Assembly (NCBI GenBank): GCA_963760485.1
Contig: CAVXDP010000015.1
Location: 137,389-201,388 of the forward strand
Length of the DNA stretch: 64,000 nucleotides
Direction: 5' to 3'
Origin: Candidatus Bathyarchaeota archaeon
GTDB taxonomy: Archaea; Thermoproteota; Bathyarchaeia; 40CM-2-53-6; CAVXDP01
The stretch's first letter is position 1. Each line of letters opens with the position of its first letter. The notes beneath the pieces are model-generated. The model made no database searches. It was given only the letters and a program-made list of their open reading frames with translations, and was not told the origin of the DNA. Shown piece by piece: positions 60,167 through 64,000 of the stretch. The translations under genes were made by a program, and so were the position numbers.

Positions 60167-61666
60167 GTGAGTCGGTTGACGCTAGTTCATGAGCAAATGC
60201 GGGTCTTTTTTGAACCGAGGTCTGTCGCTATCGTTGGTGCCTCAAAGGATACAACGAAGGCGGGGCATGTCATACTCAAGAATTTCGTTGAGAACAAGAA
60301 ACGAGGACTCTTCAAAGGGGAAGTGTATCCGGTAAATCCGACGGAGCAGAGTATACTGGGGTTCCAATGTTATTCTTCGATTCTAGAAGTACCGGGGGAA
60401 CTTGACCTAGTAACTGTTGTAGTGCCAGCCAGACTCGTTCCGAAGGTCATGGAAGACGCCGCTAAAAAGGGTGTTAAGGCGATGGTTGTGATCTCATCTG
60501 GATTTGGAGAGATTGGGGAAAAGGATCTGGAGGAAGAAATCAAGAACATAGCGTTTCAGGCTGGAATCAGATTGCTTGGCCCAAACTGCCTGGGTATTTT
60601 CGATTCTCACACAGGCGTTGATATGCTCTTTCTTCCTGAGACTAAGATTCTCTCAACTGGCGACGAGATGGTTGCCACTCCTCGTCCCATGCCAGGTTAC
60701 ATTACAGTTGTCACGCAAAGTGGCGCATTTGGCCCCGCCGCACTTGATTTCCTCACGGGAAGACACCTTGGAATCAGCAAGATGATCAGTTTCGGAAACA
60801 AGGCTGATGTCTCAGAGCCTGAGATCCTATCCTATCTACTTGAAGATGACAGAACGCGGGTCATACTTCAGTATGTTGAGGGTATAAACAAAGGGAGAGA
60901 ATTTCTTGAGGTTGCACGGAAAGTCACCCTTCGTAAACCAATTGTAACACTCAAATCAGGTAGAACCAGTGCAGGTGCCAGAGCGGCAACATCACACACT
61001 GGCGCGCTCAGTGGTTCCGACGTGATATACGATGGTGCATTCAGACAGGCTGGAATAGTACGGGCCAAGGATCTGGAGGAGTTATTTGATGTGGCGAAGG
61101 CTTTCGCTTACCAGCCTCCAGCCCAAGGTGAAAACATCGTAATACTTACGGACGCGGGTGGTCCAGGAGTAATGTGCGCGGATGAGATCGAGTCAAGAGG
61201 CGTGTCCCTAAAACCCCTCTTTAGTGAAACGCTTGAGAAACTCGAAGCTCTGAAGAAGGCTGGAAAGATTCCACCTTTCGCCTCCACCCATAATCCTGTT
61301 GACCTTACGGGTTCAGCCACGTCAGAAATGTTCGAACTTTGTTCGAGGATACTCATAGAAGCGCCCAGCATTCATGGGCTCGTGGTAATAGGACTTCATC
61401 ACGTGCCGGCTTTGAAAGAAGACTACGTCGACAGGATCGGAAGCGTTTCAAAATGCTGCGCTAAGCCTGTCGTTGCATGTGATATTGGAGAAACTGAAAT
61501 GGCACTCTATGTTAGGTCTAGATTCGAGAAGTTTGGGGTGCCTTCTTATGGAACCCCCGAAGACGCGGCTAGGGCGATGTCTGCACTAGTAAGATATGGA
61601 AAGCATCTCAAGGAAAACGGATGCTACGACCAATACATGAAGGAGTATCTGGCACGCTTCACTTAG
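60167..61666 (+). CDS. ADP-forming acyl-CoA synthetase-like protein (CoA-binding and succinyl-CoA-synthetase-like alpha domains)
   Basis: It has a CoA-binding Rossmann motif SVAIVGASKDTTKAGH and NCLGIF, typical of NDP-forming acyl-CoA synthetase alpha subunits. Confidence 0.7.
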   Translation: MSRLTLVHEQMRVFFEPRSVAIVGASKDTTKAGHVILKNFVENKKRGLFKGEVYPVNPTEQSILGFQCYSSILEVPGELDLVTVVVPARLVPKVMEDAAKKGVKAMVVISSGFGEIGEKDLEEEIKNIAFQAGIRLLGPNCLGIFDSHTGVDMLFLPETKILSTGDEMVATPRPMPGYITVVTQSGAFGPAALDFLTGRHLGISKMISFGNKADVSEPEILSYLLEDDRTRVILQYVEGINKGREFLEVARKVTLRKPIVTLKSGRTSAGARAATSHTGALSGSDVIYDGAFRQAGIVRAKDLEELFDVAKAFAYQPPAQGENIVILTDAGGPGVMCADEIESRGVSLKPLFSETLEKLEALKKAGKIPPFASTHNPVDLTGSATSEMFELCSRILIEAPSIHGLVVIGLHHVPALKEDYVDRIGSVSKCCAKPVVACDIGETEMALYVRSRFEKFGVPSYGTPEDAARAMSALVRYGKHLKENGCYDQYMKEYLARFT

Positions 61667-61674
61667 CACCCGTC

Positions 61675-62571
61675 TTATCCGGAAATAAGTTTCAGAAGCC
61701 ATCTGTGTAGGCTTCTGTTTCTGGCAGCTATCAAAGACACACCTGACTCATCTTCCAATCTTTGATCAATTTGATTTCCTTTCAAGTCAGTGAATACTCC
61801 TCCAGTCTCTTCCAAAACAATCTTTGCAGCAGCAAAGTCAACGACACGCATGAAGTTTCGGACATCAATCATCGCGTCAAGCTTACCCGAAGCTACATAA
61901 CAGATTTCCAGAGACGCACTTCCCAATGTTCGAAACCTCGTTGATTGTTGAAGGCCTTCAATCTGTATCGGAAGCTCTTTGGAACCATATGAATAGAAAC
62001 TCACGAGTGGACGATTGAATGGGCGGTTAGGCTTTCGGCGTATCCGTTTACCATCATGATAAGCTCCCCGGCCTCTTGCTGCTGAAAAAACATCTCCGTT
62101 TATCACATCTCTAACTACACCCACCGTGAGATCATCAACGGTCATTCCTGCTTTGAAATGACCCGCAGCAGCTGAAACCGCGTAGAAAGGAATGGAGTTC
62201 ACGAAATTCATTGTGCCGTCCAACGGGTCAAGAACAATCGCTATCTCCGGCTCGTTTCCCAAGATTCTCGGCCGGCTTTCTTCACTAATAAAATAGGCTG
62301 AGAGACCCTTGTCTTGGAGGTAATCTATAGCTTCTTTTTCTGCAACCTCATCAATTTTCCTTGTTACGTCTGTCGGTTTCCTTCGGGTCACCCTTCTAGA
62401 CGAGGCGTCTCTTTGAAGTTTGAGGACGGCTCTCCTAACGCTTGCAGTCAAACCCTCAAGTATCTTGAGGTACTCTGTCTCCCTCACAGGTTTTCCCCTC
62501 GCAACTTCATACTCATTTCGCGACTTTACACTTTCCATAGGAAAGAATTCCCTCAACACTATTCGCTTCAA
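61675..62571 (-). CDS. Inositol monophosphatase / FBPase-family phosphatase
   Basis: It has DPLDGT and WDxAA-like motifs (IVLDPLDGTMNF; VDFAAAKIVLEETGG). Confidence 0.75.
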   Translation of the reverse strand: MKRIVLREFFPMESVKSRNEYEVARGKPVRETEYLKILEGLTASVRRAVLKLQRDASSRRVTRRKPTDVTRKIDEVAEKEAIDYLQDKGLSAYFISEESRPRILGNEPEIAIVLDPLDGTMNFVNSIPFYAVSAAAGHFKAGMTVDDLTVGVVRDVINGDVFSAARGRGAYHDGKRIRRKPNRPFNRPLVSFYSYGSKELPIQIEGLQQSTRFRTLGSASLEICYVASGKLDAMIDVRNFMRVVDFAAAKIVLEETGGVFTDLKGNQIDQRLEDESGVSLIAARNRSLHRWLLKLISG

Positions 62572-62700
62572 AGAGCCGTCTGCAGTGTCATGATGAATAT
62601 CACAAGTGTGTCAATATTCGGCGTGCATCCTCGGAAAATGATCTTTCTTTTGTAAGCAAATCCCTATACGCTTCCAACGACACTCTTCCCACCGATAGCG

Positions 62701-63066
62701 ATGTTTGCTCAGACAACCTGTTCTAGGTGCGGAAACTGGACTGACGTAGGCAATTTCTGTATTCGATGTGGGTCAAGATTATTATCCTACCAACCGATTT
62801 CTCAAGCTCCGTTAGCTCTTCCTTATCAACCGATGGTTCCTGCTATTCAAGGGTTCGCATATCCACCGACTCAGATGGCTCTTCAACCATACAGTCCTTA
62901 TGCTGGTTATGGTGCACCACCTACTCGAATGTACTTGCCTCAACCACCTCAAACATACCTACCTCAAGATCTCGAATGTACATGCCTCAAGCATCTCAAA
63001 TGTACATGCCTCAAGCACCCCCTCCATATGTCCACATGCAGACATACAACCAGCAACTGGGCATAA
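62701..63066 (+). CDS. Small protein with an N-terminal zinc ribbon and a Pro/Gln/Tyr-rich low-complexity tail
   Basis: It has CSRCGNW...CIRCGS followed by YQPISQAPLALPYQP...; the DNA carries a tandem 18-bp duplication (atgtacatgcctcaagca, two copies). Confidence 0.35.
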   Translation: MFAQTTCSRCGNWTDVGNFCIRCGSRLLSYQPISQAPLALPYQPMVPAIQGFAYPPTQMALQPYSPYAGYGAPPTRMYLPQPPQTYLPQDLECTCLKHLKCTCLKHPLHMSTCRHTTSNWA

Positions 63067-63409
63067 CCAGACGATATCTGTGAAGCGGTTTCTTCTTCTG
63101 CCAAGTTTGAGTTTCATGGGTCAGTGTTAGATCACACACTCCTGCGTTGGCCCAAATGAGGCCAACGTTCTCGTACAAACCAACCAGAACTACACATGGG
63201 AACAGGAAGAACGACTAACGACAAAGCGACAAATGCCCATGGATAAGGGCAATCACTCCGTTGCCTTCGAAAAGCAGCGGATAGAATGAAGGCATTGACG
63301 TGGTTTAATCGACATAAAGATAAAGGCTAGTTTTTTAAGTTTGGAGTTGGCTGTTAACGGACAGCCGTATAGGGACCTGCGTCAGTTTGATGCAAGGAGA
63401 CGAGGTGTA

Positions 63410-63760
63410 ATGGCTCAAGACGAACATAAAATGCATCCAAGTGTGGCGATCATAGCTGACAAGTATTTAGCAACAGGGTTCAGACTAGCAGGTGTTGTGG
63501 CATTTCCAGTCCAGAGCCCAAAAGAAGCCTCGGTAACCCTTCAGAAAATGGTTGCAGAAGACAAGTATGACATCATAATCATGACCGAGAAACTTGCTAT
63601 GGCTTTGAAGAGAGAAAGAGAAGCAATTCTAGCAAGAAGAAAGGGACGACCTGTGATGGCAGTTATTCCCGACTTCGAAGGACCTACTGGAGAGCGGATT
63701 CGAGAACTTCACTCTCTCATAAGCCAGTCCGTTGGTGCCGAACTGAAGTTTGAGAGTTGA
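63410..63760 (+). CDS. atpF: V-type ATP synthase subunit F
   Basis: VAIIADKYLATGFRLAGV...YDIIIMTEKLAMAL...PVMAVIPD matches the AtpF family; ATG at 63410. Confidence 0.8.
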   Translation: MAQDEHKMHPSVAIIADKYLATGFRLAGVVAFPVQSPKEASVTLQKMVAEDKYDIIIMTEKLAMALKREREAILARRKGRPVMAVIPDFEGPTGERIRELHSLISQSVGAELKFES

Positions 63761-63768
63761 TTTGAACA

Positions 63769-64000
63769 TTGTCCGTTGAGATTAAGGAACTGCAAGAACT
63801 AATTGCACAAGAAAGAGTAGCGGAAGAGAAGGTTAGGAAAGCGAAAGAAGAAGCTCAAGAAATTGTGAAACAGGCACGTGAAAAAGCAGAATCGATGTTT
63901 GAAACGACAGACTCTGACCCATACCAGCAGCAGTTCAGACAGACCAAGAAAGACGAGACTGAACGAAAGAAAGCAGAGATAACCGAAGAATACAGAAGAA
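63769..64000 (+). CDS. Coiled-coil V-ATPase peripheral-stalk-like subunit (H/E-like), partial at the window end
   Basis: The open frame reads LSVEIKELQELIAQERVAEEKVRKAKEEAQEIVKQAREKAE...; it follows atpF directly. Truncated. Confidence 0.3.
   Translation, partial: MSVEIKELQELIAQERVAEEKVRKAKEEAQEIVKQAREKAESMFETTDSDPYQQQFRQTKKDETERKKAEITEEYRR

Overview
This is an archaeal chromosomal segment of roughly 48% GC with mostly well-conserved housekeeping content.

Identifiable housekeeping genes:
- A tRNA-splicing pair: archease and RtcB.
- An archaeal ribosomal-protein cluster in the order L3-L4-L23-L2-S19-L22.
- A ten-gene purine operon on the minus strand: purC-purS-purQ-purL-purF-purD-purN-folD-purE-purM.
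- A TldD/PmbA protease pair.
- An NrdD-like (class III ribonucleotide reductase) protein with an unusual domain arrangement.
- A P-type ATPase, an MFS transporter, a cation-diffusion-facilitator (CDF) transporter, an Hsp20 and a peroxiredoxin (Bcp).
- Archaeal information-processing genes: transcription factor E (TFE), aTrm56 tRNA methyltransferase, aMBF1 and the nascent-polypeptide-associated complex (NAC).
- A fused Fae-Hps gene (formaldehyde-activating enzyme plus hexulose-6-phosphate synthase, ribulose-monophosphate pathway), an ADP-forming acyl-CoA synthetase-like protein and an IMPase-family phosphatase.
- hisG, a geranylgeranyl reductase, and V-type ATPase subunit F at the window end.

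Three tRNA genes appear to carry multiple introns. They are a class II tRNA on the minus strand near 290-455, a tRNA-Tyr near 44607-44776 and a tRNA-Ala near 47164-47277.

The most unusual region lies between rpl22 and the nrdD-like gene (about 8.7-19.3 kb). The ribosomal-protein operon breaks off after L22 with no S3. An approximately 11-kb accessory island follows. It carries cargo-like genes: an HExxH protein, a ribbon-helix-helix (RHH) mini-protein, membrane and Thr-rich surface proteins, a peroxiredoxin, a glyoxalase, and a heavily fragmented giant surface protein with a PEF-CTERM-like C-terminal tail (archaeosortase sorting-signal motif). The island is punctuated by five same-orientation copies of a conserved box of about 25 bp followed by a hairpin whose stems covary.

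Caveat: at least seven conserved genes are each split by an apparent single-base frameshift. These are archease, rps19, the P-type ATPase, tldD, aMBF1, NAC, and an htpX-like gene with several breaks. The assembly therefore probably carries indel errors, so pseudogene calls here are uncertain. No CRISPR array, rRNA gene or recognisable integrase/transposase was seen.
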